A stretch of DNA of 49,807 bases, filler included, from Ionaspis alba (taxonomy: Eukaryota), in the NCBI GenBank assembly GCA_964255285.1. It is 2 parts of 2 records of this genome, joined end to end, with 100 filler letters (N's around TTAATTAATTAA, not from the genome) between each part and the next. Parts side by side here need not be neighbours in the genome. Positions count along the whole stretch, not along the records: positions 1 to 24,871 come from CAXUUL010000164.1; 1 more part is not named here. The stretch is one strand, 5' to 3'. Position 1 is the first letter of the stretch; every line of letters starts with the position of its first letter. The notes beneath the pieces were generated by a model. That model worked only from the letters and a program-made list of their open reading frames with translations. It was not told where the DNA came from and ran no database searches. The position numbers and the translations under genes were made by a program. Below, one piece after another: positions 13,312 to 24,971 of this stretch.

Positions 13312-13653
13312 GATGAGTGGTGTCTGGCGACTGCGTGTGATTGTGCTAAAGTCTCTCTCTGCGGGGAATATTTGCCTATGTCGTTGTCGCAAATCTACTA
13401 GTTTTCGAGATTGTCGCTTAGCATTAGTCGAATCGTGGGCGCTAAGGGCAGGAATGCCAAGACCTTAGGCTTTAGTGCGGGATCTAGGCATCGATCCGAG
13501 TATGAGCTCGAGAGGCATATGAGTAACGGTTGTCCGGAGCTCTTGTCTTTTGAAATCCTCCGTTTGTAGAGTTGAACTGCTAATCAGGAATATTGCGGGA
13601 CTAGAAGCAAATATAGGCCGTATTTTGGGTATCACTATGAAGCTCTACAATCA

Positions 13654-15990
13654 TCACTTCCCCTGATTTCCCCTCTTCCCTCCGCGCTTCCCTCGTGCAA
13701 TATGCGCTTTCAGTACCCTTCCCCTTTCCACCAAACTCCTCTTCTGCTTTCCTTTCGCCTTTCCGAGAGTCATCATAAAATTCTTTTTCCTGGCCTTTTC
13801 TCTATTCGTCGTGCTCTTGCCTTCACTTTCCTTCTTCTCTCGCCTTATCGCTTGAGTACTCTTGTGTTCGGACCTCTCGCCTTTGCCATCTTTAGCCAAA
13901 GCTACCTTCTCAGCCTTTGACGCGCGTCTCGAGAGAGCTGCTAAGCCTTCGATCTCGGCTGCCGTGAGTGGATCGTCGGCATGTCTAGTCTGCAGGGCTT
14001 GTTGCTGAGCTAGCCTTTTCCTCTGAGATACGGGTAATGCTTTGTTGATGCTCGCCTCGAGACGGAGCTCTTGCAATTTTGCCAGGTCTGCTGGTGTGAG
14101 AATCCGAGTTGTGGCGAGAGTGGAGGTCCTTTTCTCAAGCTCCACGGCTGGGTCCAACTCGTTTTCCTTGTCCTCCTCGGTGTGCTTGGCGGGAGTACCC
14201 AGTTTGGCACGCTTTACTATGGGCTTGTCGTCATCTGAATCACTAATCTCAATCTCCACATCACTTTCAACATTAATCCATCCTCCAGAATCATCACTGT
14301 GATTGTCTTCAACGTCCCATCCGTCATCATCGTCTTCATCGTCATCTTCGCTATCGTTACCGTTGCTTTCATCATTCATGATGCCCCTTTCTGCAGCTTT
14401 CCTTTGCCGCTCTTCCTCTTTCCACTTCTCTAATAGCTCCAGACCTTCTATCTCCCCAGCTGCCTCTTCACCAAATCTCCTCTCCTTCCGTTCGCCGGAC
14501 CTCAGCCCCATGGCCGCTTCCTTTCCTCGGTCTCTTTTCTTGAGCATGTCTGCGCCAACCTCTCGGTATAGACCCAATAGACCCTTGGCCGCCATCACAA
14601 CTCCTTTGTCCTTGCTCTTTCGATACATGACAAGATCTTGAAGTAAGGTATCTTTCATGGCTAGGGGTTGTCTCAAGCAGATCTCACGTATTGCATTCAA
14701 TCCCGCCGAGGCGACTTCCGAAGCTGCAGCCTCAGACACAAATTCGTTTGCAATTTTCTGAACAAGAGGTTCTAGGACATCAGGGGGCACCAGCGAATGA
14801 GAGGCCTGTGCGAGAGAGGCAAGAAAAGAAGTAACAGAAGGCTGTCGAGGGGTCAGATATTTGATGAAATATGAGTACAGGCTAATGATGGTAAGCTTGT
14901 GCAGCCCAACGAGCCGAGACACAAGCTGTAGAACTTGCAGCTTTTGTTCCAAGTTGAGCTTCGACTTGGTATTCTGTAGGTGTTTTTGAAATAGAGTGTC
15001 CGCAAAACTCTGAGGATCGTGTAGCAAATGGAAAGCGGAGAAATTCAGTGGGTGGGGCTGCTTTTTCTTGCGCTCCTTTCTCTTGACCTGTGCAACAGCG
15101 TTCTCCATTGCACGAGCCTTCTTCTTGGTCTTCTTGGTCTTCTTGGTGATGCCCATTTGGTGTTTGAGTTTGCCCATATCGATCTCTTCCTCGTCACTAC
15201 TTTCGTCTTCCATCTCTTCCCGTTCTTTGTCTCCCCCGAGGAAGAACCTCACACCCCCAGCCACGACTTTCTCGTTGTCTGCTAGACTCGCCTCCTTCAT
15301 TATCTCGACTGCCTTTGAATCTGTCCATATTTGTCGCTTCCACAGTTCTCGGGTAAGCTTCACTGCCCATATTCCCTTAGGCGATGCCCTGTCCGATGTG
15401 AGAAGGTTGTAGAGGACCGTCTGAATGGTTCTATTGAGGCGATGATTTGTAGTCTTCGAGTTTGATGTGCGGAGATCAGATAGAATTTTCTGGAATAGTA
15501 GAGTTCTCAAGGATTTACTCGAGGTCGATACGAGGATAGGGAAGAGCGCATGCAGAAGTCTAGTCACAGAGTTCTGTCAGTGGAAGTCCCAAAAGCTCGA
15601 GGAGACGCGCAGAACCGACCTTGGCGAGTCAATCACATCCTTCCTTCTCAGAAGAACCAGGCTACCCACGATCTTCTCTCTGAGCTCAGCCTCAAGATCT
15701 TTGTGGTGCAAGGTGAGTATTTGTATCAATTCTTCGGGGAATTGAGCTGTGATTTCAGGGAAACAATCAGCAACATGAGAGGTAAAATCAATAAGATCTC
15801 GTAGCGATACAATGCCACTTTCTGTAGTGGATGTTGGCGCTTGTAAGAAGATTTCTCGCTGGGTCTCGTATTGTTGATATTGGCTCAAAAAATCTTCCTT
15901 GTAGGATATTGGATCTCTTTTGATCTTGTATTGAAGACTTCCCAGATTAGCGTCTAGCTTCTCCAAGGCACCGACCTTTCTCTTTCCCAT
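13654..15990 (-). CDS. SDA1: SDA1 60S ribosome biogenesis protein, 2 exons (15990-15620, 15559-13654)
   Basis: MGKRKVGALEKLDANLGSLQYKIKRDP start, LTRELWKRQIW, HPLNFSAFHLLHDPQ, LATTRILTPADL, GKSTTNREKARKKNFMM; GT-AG intron 15619-15560. Confidence 0.93.
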
Positions 15991-16054
15991 AATCGAGTCG
16001 GTCAAATGTTGTCATCCACGATCAATCTATAAATTTTAATTTTGTGCATTTACA

Positions 16055-16494
16055 CCCCGTGCCTAGGGACAGTAGGCGGTCACAGCAGGCACTAGGCTAA
16101 AAATGGTGATTTTACCTTAAAAATTTCACGACATTTTTATATTTCTTGAGGTTTTACCACGAATTTTGCAGGCAAGTCTTTTCCTTTTGAAGTCCAGACG
16201 CGTAGGGAGGAAGACAAAAACAGGTTCGGAAGGGTAAATGAGGCTCTCGGTAGCCATTACAAAGGTCAATTAAATCAATTGAAGCTTTGGAAGGCAGGTT
16301 TAGACAATAGATAAATAATTATTCTACTGAATTCGAAAAGTTTTGAATTTTCTAATTTTTAAGGGGTGAGAGGCGGGGGGCGCGGGCGTTGGGCGAGGCG
16401 TTTGGACCTCCCCCTTTTACGTTTGAAATTTACGGTAAGTTCCTCCTTCCGATCTAGTGCCTACTGTGACTGCCTACTGTCCCTAGGCACGGAG
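16055..16494. mobile_element. Non-autonomous TIR DNA transposon (MITE), 440 bp, ~41-bp TIRs, 8-bp TSD CATTTACA
   Basis: Left end CCCCGTGCCTAGGGACAGTAGGCGGTCACAGCAGGCACTAG matches the reverse complement of the right end (CTCCGTGCCTAGGGACAGTAGGCAGTCACAGTAGGCACTAG) with 3 mismatches. CATTTACA lies at 16047-16054 and 16495-16502. AT-rich interior with no transposase ORF. Confidence 0.88.
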
Positions 16495-17300
16495 CATTTA
16501 CAGCTTGGCAGGATTTTGCACAATTCGAGGAATATTTTATGCAGACGCTATGCTTGGCGGTAAACACCCACGTCTGGGTGCCTCATCGCTCTCCCCTTGC
16601 CGAGCATTTTCAGTGAGGTCTCAAGTGGTTATCGTCAAGACGCACACATGGAAATTGTTCAGTCTGCTTCAGCTACTATGGGAGCAGTCCTTCACGTCGA
16701 TGACATTGCGGGTACATGACATTGCGGTCGAATATGAGCCGAGGTTCCGCTTCGCGATTTCAGTTATTCAAATAGGAGATATCACCCATTGTGATCATGG
16801 TCCTTTAGGGATCTCAAAACGACGTTGTGATGACCTCATTCTCACATTTATTCTACCTTTTTGGACCTGCGTTGTGTTGGCCTGTATTTTTGGGAGGTTG
16901 CATGCGACGTCTTTCTGTCCTAGAAAGGTTTAGGCCATGTGAGATCGTGGCTCAACGTGCATCCAGGATTGGTGGACGGACGATAAGGAAGCCGAATAAA
17001 CAATAACGCTCGCTTGTGGCCCGTAAACCTGGGCATCGGAGTCGAGTGTGCAGATGTAAGTCGGTAGAACTTCTACGCTGGGAAGGTGACTGATGTGCCA
17101 GTTATCCCTGTTCGTGTAGGCACGTGTGAGACTGGATTGGCTTATAGCAAGGATGTCATTCACGATGGAGAAGCTCTGTGCAAAAGCTTCGTCCGAGCTC
17201 ATATTCATAAAGTCCGCGTTGGCGCTCTGTTCTCTTGCGTCGTGGCGAGTCGAAATAAACTTGTTCCTACCTACATTGAGCATTGTCAATTTTGACGAAA

Positions 17301-19438
17301 ATGCATTTGCTTGCTTTCGCTGCTGTTCTTGTGGCAGCAGCACCCTCCTTCTGCTGTGATGACTGCTATGGCCCGAAGAAAGAAGCTGCCCATGTCCGCA
17401 ATGTTCGACGTATGCAACCAGGGGCTCCCAATGCTACTTCTCTCCCGCGAGCTCCCCTTGAGTGGGGCCAGATTAATTTCCTCCATACGACAGACACGCA
17501 CGGGTGGTTGTCGGGGCATCTAAAAGAGCAAAACTATGGTGCAGACTGGGGAGATTTCGTTACGTTCTCGCGGCATATGCAACACAAGGCGGGGAATCTT
17601 GGGGTTGATTTGCTACTAGTCGGTAAGTTCCCTGCTCAAACTTTGCTCCCGTTCACGAGGTACTAATGGGAGGACAGATACTGGGGATTTGCATGATGGT
17701 AATGGTTTGTCTGATGCCATAAAGCCTGACGGGGCAGTCTCCGATCCTATATTCACGAACTTGAATTATGACCTCCTGACCATTGGCAATCACGAGCTTT
17801 ACCTCAGCGATGTTGCTTATGAGACTTTCAACAAAGTTGGGAAAGTGTATGGCGAGAGATATCTGACTAGCAATGTTCAGATCCTCAATCGGACCACTGG
17901 CCAGTATGAGTATTTTGGCAACAAGTTCAGGTACTTCACCACCGAGAAAGGCTTAAATATCATGGCATTCGGTGTTCTCTACGATTTCACGGGTAATTCC
18001 AATGCCTCGAAAGTCATACCAGCGGCCTCCATGGTGAAGGAGCCATGGTTTCAACAGGCGGTCAATTATAACAAACCAATTGATCTGTTTGTGGTGCTGG
18101 GGCACAATCCAGCAAGACCTACAGCCAGTGGAAGCACCTTTGGTTCGGTGATCAACGCGATCCGTGCTGCCAAGCCCAACACTCCCATACAGTTGTTCGG
18201 CGGCCACAATCACATTCGTGATTTTGCTGTAATAGATCAAGGCACGACTAGTCTTGGTTCGGGACGGTACTGTGAGACTTTGGGATGGGTTGCAATGAGC
18301 GGGATCAAATCGAGCACGTACAAAGGCAACATGAAACCACGAGGGGTACCTAATCCTACTCAGAAGGCCATCAAGGTCACGAATGCTACCAGCACGGCCT
18401 CCGCTCCGTCCACTACTGGGACAGGTACCTCTGCGTTTAAGGATATGGTGTATGCAAGACGCTATATGGACTGGAATCGATTGACCTTCGCATACCATGC
18501 GGTCGGCTCCCAATCCAAATCGTTCGACTACCACAGCGGCCTCCGCGTATCAGCAGAAATAACCGAAGCCCGCAAGAAACTCAACCTGACTACTCTTTTC
18601 GGCTGTGCACCGGCAACATACTGCTTGTCCTGCAAACCCTTCGGAGCTCCTGGCAATATCCTCGGACTGGCGCAGACTGCTTTGAGTGCTGTTATTGTCA
18701 ACAGTACCAGAGCCACTACCCCTAGATTCGTCATCATCAACAGCGGTAGCCTTCGATTTGATCTTGTGGAAGGCCCCTTCACATACGATGATGGCTTCAT
18801 CGTCTCACCATTCACTGACGCTTTTCTATACATACCTAATGTTCCTTACGGCATCGCTTCGAAAGTCCTTGACTCTCTCAACATGGCTCCTGCTGATAAA
18901 CGCCGTCGTGACTTGGAGTCCAGAGATTTTGGCTTCCATGCTCTGCAAGGTGACGATTGCGTCGAAGCTGTCGCCAGTTCTATGGAAAAACATTCAGGAC
19001 TGAAAGGTCGTTCATCGTCCTTGGCCGGTGGTTTGCATCGTCGACAGACGAATAAAGTAACACCAGGCTATGTGACTAAAGGTCAGTCCTCTCATTCTCA
19101 ATCCCAGAAATCTGCTAACACTAGATACAGATGATTTTGGTACAAACGGAGACGACACCGTCCACTCCAAGATCCCGTCCTTCCCTCAACCAGAATACAT
19201 CCAGGCAAACGCCTCCCTACCTGCCGGCGCACTACCGGCAAATATCGATCTGGTCTTCCTTGACTTTTTCGAATCGGATATACTTGCTGTATTGAAAGCG
19301 CTCGGGGCTACTTATACTACGGCGGATGCTGTCCCCTATCTGGACCCAGTTCGTTACTCGACGAATACGTATCTGCCGATGTATGCCAAACTTGCTTGGC
19401 AGGCTAATGTGCCAAATTGTCCTATTGGGTTCAACTAG
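17301..19438 (+). CDS. Secreted calcineurin-like metallophosphoesterase / 5'-nucleotidase-like protein (yeast YHR202W-type), 3 exons (17301-17622, 17678-19081, 19131-19438)
   Basis: Hydrophobic signal peptide [18 protein letters not shown]; metal-binding motifs [38 protein letters not shown]-terminal [13 protein letters not shown]. Confidence 0.88.
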
Positions 19439-19800
19439 GCGGCGGTCATAGGTAACAGGGTAATCTGCATGAGGTGTATATCTGGAGACCGCCACGTATA
19501 TATATCCCTTCTCCAGTTCCAGATACGAGATGAATGGAATTGAATACTCAAATCAATCCGTTTGCCAAAAAATTACCTGACTATAAGGTTGTCTAAGCTG
19601 TGGCGGAGTAAACAATGGATGACGACGATGCCAAGACCGAGATATGCCTCGGGGGGACCCATTATAGATATGTATGACGGGCTCGCCGAGGACTTCAGAA
19701 CATATATATTGTACAAAGAATCTGCTCCTGAATATATTTATCGTTCACTCTACTGTTTGACAAAATCGAATAATATTCCAAATACATTGTCACCATATAA

Positions 19801-20299
19801 ATGGCATCCCTACTAGTCGGCGCCGGCGTGCTAACATATGACAAGTACACTTTCCCTTTCCATTCTTGCTGCCCTAAATTTCATCCTGACGATCATTCTC
19901 CACCGTAGAATCAAAACCACTCGCGAGAAGCGCCGCGCCAAAAAAGTGTATGACGCCGCCCGTTTCGCGGAGCTAGAAAAAGAAACTGCCGAGCGCACCG
20001 CAGGCTATCAATCCGGGATCCAGCACGAGAAGGTCTCAGAGCCTAAGACGAGTCCGTTTCTGGACGAGCCGCGGCGAAGCGAACAGGGTCCGAAAATTGA
20101 TCGGGCTGGGGTAATTGACGACGGGGTTTCCGGGAGTGAAGAGGATTTGAGCGGGCCGGGAGGAGCGAAACACTCTGCGCCCGCTAGCCTGCCGACATAT
20201 GAAGAACATATTGACAGGGGTAATAAAGCAGGGAAAGGGTTGAAAGGAAAGATATTTGGGCGGAAGGGAAAGAGCGATGGAGATGGAGTCGTGAGATGA
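19801..20299 (+). CDS. Small hypothetical protein, 2 exons (19801-19844, 19909-20299)
   Basis: MASLLVGAGVLTYDK|IKTTREKRRAKK joined by a phase-consistent intron (GTACAC...CTGAC...TAG); LPTY motif near the C-terminus. Confidence 0.6.
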
Positions 20300-20435
20300 C
20301 TAGGAACGAAGCTAGTGCTAAGTCCAACTCGATGTAATCCTAAGTTCGTTCATATAGTACCCGGTCTTCAATCAATCCTTGCATATACACTCAGACTCAG
20401 CGTGCGCATCAACAACTTGCTATATTTCCGTATCA

Positions 20436-21169
20436 TCACGTCTCAAGATTAATACTCCTACCAAACCTAGCATAAAGCTCGACCTTCAAGCTCCGCATCT
20501 CTTCTCTTACGCTCTCCAATCTCTCCTCTTTTCCGGTCACTTCCTGCTCGATCTTCTCCGTCGAGGCGGCGAGCAGTTCTTGGACTTCGGGGAGGGGGAG
20601 CGAGATGAAGGCGTCGCCTATGCGGTAGCTGTTTGGTGGTGAGAAGAAGGGAGTGGGGGGGAGGCTAGGGAGAGGGGTATAAAGGGACGTACGGGATCTT
20701 GTCATCTTCGTCGGCGAGTTCGAGCTCGGAGGTGAGCTCTTCGAGGTCTTCTTTGTCTTTCTGGAGGAGGGGAAGAGGTTAGGACGTTGTAGACGAGCGA
20801 AGAGTGGGAAAGTGCGATGCTTAGATCATAAATTCGTAACGTATGGTGCACATGTAACCAATGAAAGGATAACCTAGAATGCAAATATAAAAGAATAGAG
20901 GCGCAACATTAGAAAAGCGAGATCCGAGGCTTCTACGAACATACGGCCTTGGTTTTCAGCTCTTCCTCTAGCAGCATCTCTCGCTGGTGTAGCCTGCTGA
21001 AACGATTTATTTTTTCCTGGTCTTCGCGCCGGACTTCCGTCTCGTCGGCTCCAACCGCGGCCTCGTCTTCCTTGGAAAGCTGATCGAGCGGTCAGTCGGA
21101 CTCTTGAGATCTTGGTAGAAACTTGGCCGGACAGAGGAGGATGAGGGAAGGTACCATTCGTCGTTGCAT
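20436..21169 (-). CDS. GIM3: Prefoldin subunit 4, 4 exons (21169-21155, 21079-20945, 20760-20693, 20628-20436)
   Basis: MQRRM|LSKEDE...EVRREDQEKINRFSRLHQRE...|KDKEDLEELTSELELADEDDKIP|YRIGDAF...LKVELYARFGRSINLET. Confidence 0.93.
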
Positions 21170-22002
21170 TTTGGTTTGGATAGCAGGATCTTTATCTAAT
21201 CTCAGGGAAGGACTACAAGCAGTCTATGTGGAGAGTCCCATAGGAGACTCAGAAGTAGAAACGAAGGATTATATGGCTCGCTCCAAGGTGTTTATCGGTC
21301 GTCGAGAAAAGGAAGTCCATGTAGGGTTTCTTCAATCCTGGTAGTTTTTGATATGATCTGATTGGAGCATCTAGCGATAGACTACCCTTGGCCGATGTTT
21401 TAGTGTTATCGCTTCAGAATGCTTGTTTCCCTCTCTCTTTACCCCGCATTGGCCGTCGCGGCTTCGTTGAACTCCCTTACAGGGACAACATCTAGACTCT
21501 TCGTCAAGGGGACTGCTGATCTGATAGAAGTTCACTCAGTTGATGTGAGACGGTATACTGACACTCCGTGCATGTCGATCATGGAAGACACTTCCGAACG
21601 ATGCAAGACGAGCCTTCACAACCCCCCCAAATCCACAAGCCGTTAATAGCGAATCAACCTAGACCGACATGTCTGTACGATGGCGGGGACCGGGCTCAAC
21701 TCCCCATGACACCGGCTGCATTAGCACTGGCAGATCCTAACCCACTCAAGTCATGGTAACCAGACTCCCTTATCGTGAGGGATGCCAGCTTTATCGGGCA
21801 ATAGGACAATCTACAGGCCTGTTGTTGCTTGCCACTACTGTACTGCTGCTGATGGATTCCGGGATAATGGGTAGACCTAAAAGCTAGGAGATCCCCTCCA
21901 TAAGTACTGCCTATCATAGCTGTCGTCGCCCGTCTTCTGTGTTACTCTTCGTCCTTTCTACATCGCTCAGTGGTTTGATTTCTATCGAGGGAGTACGCAA
22001 AG

Positions 22003-24148
22003 ATGTCGTCCAACGATGAAACTTCACCAAAGCCGGAGGCGCGAAAGCTCTCCAATGCCACTGCGCCGGGTCTGGCTAGTGAGGACGATGCTGCTGTACT
22101 GGGTATGTTTGTTCATCAGCGTTGAGCAATACTGGAGTCGCGATACTGATTGGCTTACATAGCAAAGCTTGGATACAAGCAAGAATTGCGCCGGAATTTC
22201 ACGATGATCGAGGTCTTTGGGATTGCCTTCAGTATCATGGGACTGTTACCCTCGATCGCATCGACGTTGGCCTACTCGATCCCGGCGGGCCCTGTGGGAT
22301 TGGTTTGGGTTAGTGATTCAGAAAAGAACGGGCACATCGTGTGGACAAAATGCTGAATTGCTTTAGGGCTGGTTCCTGGCTTCTGGTTTCATCTTCATTG
22401 TTGGATTGGCAATGGTATGTATGCTCTACCAAGAAATATTGAGACCTTCAGCTGATATCTTCGAGGCCGATCTTGGCAGCGCCATGCCGACATCAGGAGG
22501 GCTGTACTGGTGGACGCACTTCTTTGCATCCCCAGGCACACGCAACGCATTGAGCTTCTTGGTCGGATACAGCAACACCCTAGGACTCGTAGGTGGTCTC
22601 TGCTCTATCGATTGTACGTTTCCCCACCATCGTGAGCGCCAACCTGCAATCTGACTTACCACAGACGGCTTCTCCCTGATGTTCCTCTCCGTAATCGTCA
22701 TCGCCCGAGATGGAGAATGGACACCCACCAACGGCACCATCTACGGTGTTTTCCTCGCCTGTGTCCTCTGCCACGGCATCCTTGCCTCGACCATGTCGCG
22801 CGTCATGGGCAAGCTACAGACCGTCTTTGTGATCATGAACTTTGTCCTCATCTTTGCTACTATCATCGCTCTTCCGATCGGAAAGGCCAGCAATCGCAAC
22901 GATGGCGAGTACATCTTTGCCACAACGGCCAATTTGACGGAGTGGCCGACTGGCTGGGCTTTTATGCTGAGTTGGTTGAGTCCGATTTGGACAATTGGGG
23001 TAAATGGGTTCCCAGTCTGAAATATCAAAAAAACTTTTACTAATTTTTAGGCGTTCGATTCTTGCGTACATATGAGTGAAGAGGCTGCCAATGCCACGAA
23101 AGCGGTGCCATATGGTATTCTGATGTCGATTGGTTCTTGCTGGCTCTTCGGATTCATTCTCGTCATTGTGATTGCAGCGTGCATGAGCCAGGATCTCGAG
23201 TCTCTACTCACAAGTCCTTTCGGACAGCCAATGGCTCAGGTAAGCTTGATTGCTCCCCACCAATAGCCAATCATACCTGCTCCTCTTTTCTTGTCCCTTC
23301 GAGTAATATAAAGCTCACTCTTGGCCCATTTCCTTTGATCTGCCAAAAAAGCTGACATGACTCAAAATTGCAGATCTACTACGACGCCATCGGCAAAAAC
23401 GGCACTCTTGGTCTCATGTCCCTTCTCATGATCGTTCAATTTCTTATGGGTCTCTCCATCACCGTAGCCGCCAGCCGCCAATCCTGGGCCTTCTCCCGTG
23501 ACGGCGCCTTGCCATTCTCTTCATTCTTCCGCCCGATCTCGCAAAGATTTGGCTTCATTCCCTTGCGCGCAATCTGGGGTTGTGTGTTCCTTGCCGCAGT
23601 TCTAGGTCTCCTTTCCTTGATTGCCCCAGCGGCGGCGCAGGCGTTGTTCAGTCTGGCTGTCGCGAGCAATAACTTGGCCTGGGGAACGCCGATTCTGTGT
23701 CGTGTGGTTTGGGGCCAGAATAAATTCAAGCCGGGGCCAGTATATACGGGAGATCGCTTTTCGGTCCCGATTGCATGGGTGGCGATTGTGTTCTTGGTGT
23801 TTGGAATTGTCTTGTCGATGTTCCCTGTTGGTGGACCAAATCCTACCCGTAAGCTCTCTTGCTCCATACTCCCGTCAGCGATTGTGCTGATCCAGGGTTG
23901 CAGCTGAAACGATGAACTATACTGTTGTCATTAATTGTGCTGTGTGGGGTGGCGCGTTGGCATACTATTATATCGATGCTAGGAAGTGGTTTACCGGACC
24001 GAAGATTACAATAGATACGGACGAATTGACGGAAGCGCAGGCCCAGGCGATTAGGGACGAGGGATTAGAAGTTGAGGGCTTAGAGCCTGACCTGAAGCAT
24101 GGTGAGGAGGGTGGAATGGCGAAGAGCGATAAGGAAATCATTGGCTGA
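22003..24148 (+). CDS. APC-superfamily amino-acid/GABA permease (ACT family, UGA4-like), 8 exons (22003-22102, 22162-22308, 22367-22414, 22466-22613, 22665-22999, 23051-23239, 23374-23848, 23904-24148)
   Basis: LAKLGYKQELRRNF, GPVGLVW|GW, MADLGSAMPTSGGLYWW, WTIG|AFDSCVHMSEEAANA, AASRQSWAFSRDGALPFS, MNYTVVI...ARKWFTGP; multiple hydrophobic segments. Confidence 0.9.
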
Positions 24149-24871
24149 GGGATGATTTGGCTGAAGAGATTGATCTAGAGTACTGGCTGGGAGGCTTCTT
24201 GACAACTCTGTAAAAGCGCGGGCGGTTGTCAGCGCATCTGTATGAGACGTTCTATACAATGATAGACGAACATGTACACATCTGGGTATGTCCGTATCGA
24301 AATCGAAGACAACGCCGTTCAGAAAACGTCAGCAAAGCTTGGAAATGGGGGAGTTCCAAGAAAGAAGTATGGTTATTGTGGATATCGAAAAATCAGATGG
24401 GCTTTTCCCGACTCTATTAGTCTTGCCAATTGGGAACATCAACGAAACATATGGGACCAGTGCAACACTTGCTCATCTACCTTAATCCAATATATGACAG
24501 GTAGAAAAATGGACATGACATCCAGGACCGAAAGGAAAGAGTCAAGCAAGACTCATAGCATGCACTAGCCAATTCTCCCACAAAAGCACCTAGCCTGCTG
24601 CTCTGAAGAACGTCGAAGAAATAGCCAACAAAATCGATGGAAACCCGCCCCTTCATAATACACTAGGGATGCTCAACATGAATGATACGACCAGGTCAGG
24701 AACATAACGCAAAAGGTCCGCACGACTCCACCACGACCATAACTTTTTCGCACACAGGGTATCGAAGCAGAACACCCCCAACGTATCCAAAACCCCAATC
24801 CACCTATAGGCTTCACAGTATATCATCCCTCTCGCGCCGTCGCCAGCGCCATGTCCACCCCTCCTGCGAAG

Positions 24872-24971
24872 NNNNNNNNNNNNNNNNNNNNNNNNNNNNN
24901 NNNNNNNNNNNNNNNTTAATTAATTAANNNNNNNNNNNNNNNNNNNNNNNNNNNNNNNNNNNNNNNNNNNN
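24872..24971. other. Artificial scaffold spacer: 44 N + TTAATTAATTAA + 44 N
   Basis: Symmetric 100-nt spacer with a palindromic six-frame-stop 12-mer at 24916-24927. Confidence 0.95.

Noticed and set aside
15119..15147. 9-bp tandem repeat encoding KKTKKTKKK in SDA1
   Set aside because: In-frame slippage in a lysine-rich low-complexity segment; ordinary.
24916..24927. Palindromic TTAATTAATTAA between N runs
   Set aside because: Artificial six-frame-stop scaffold linker, not biology.
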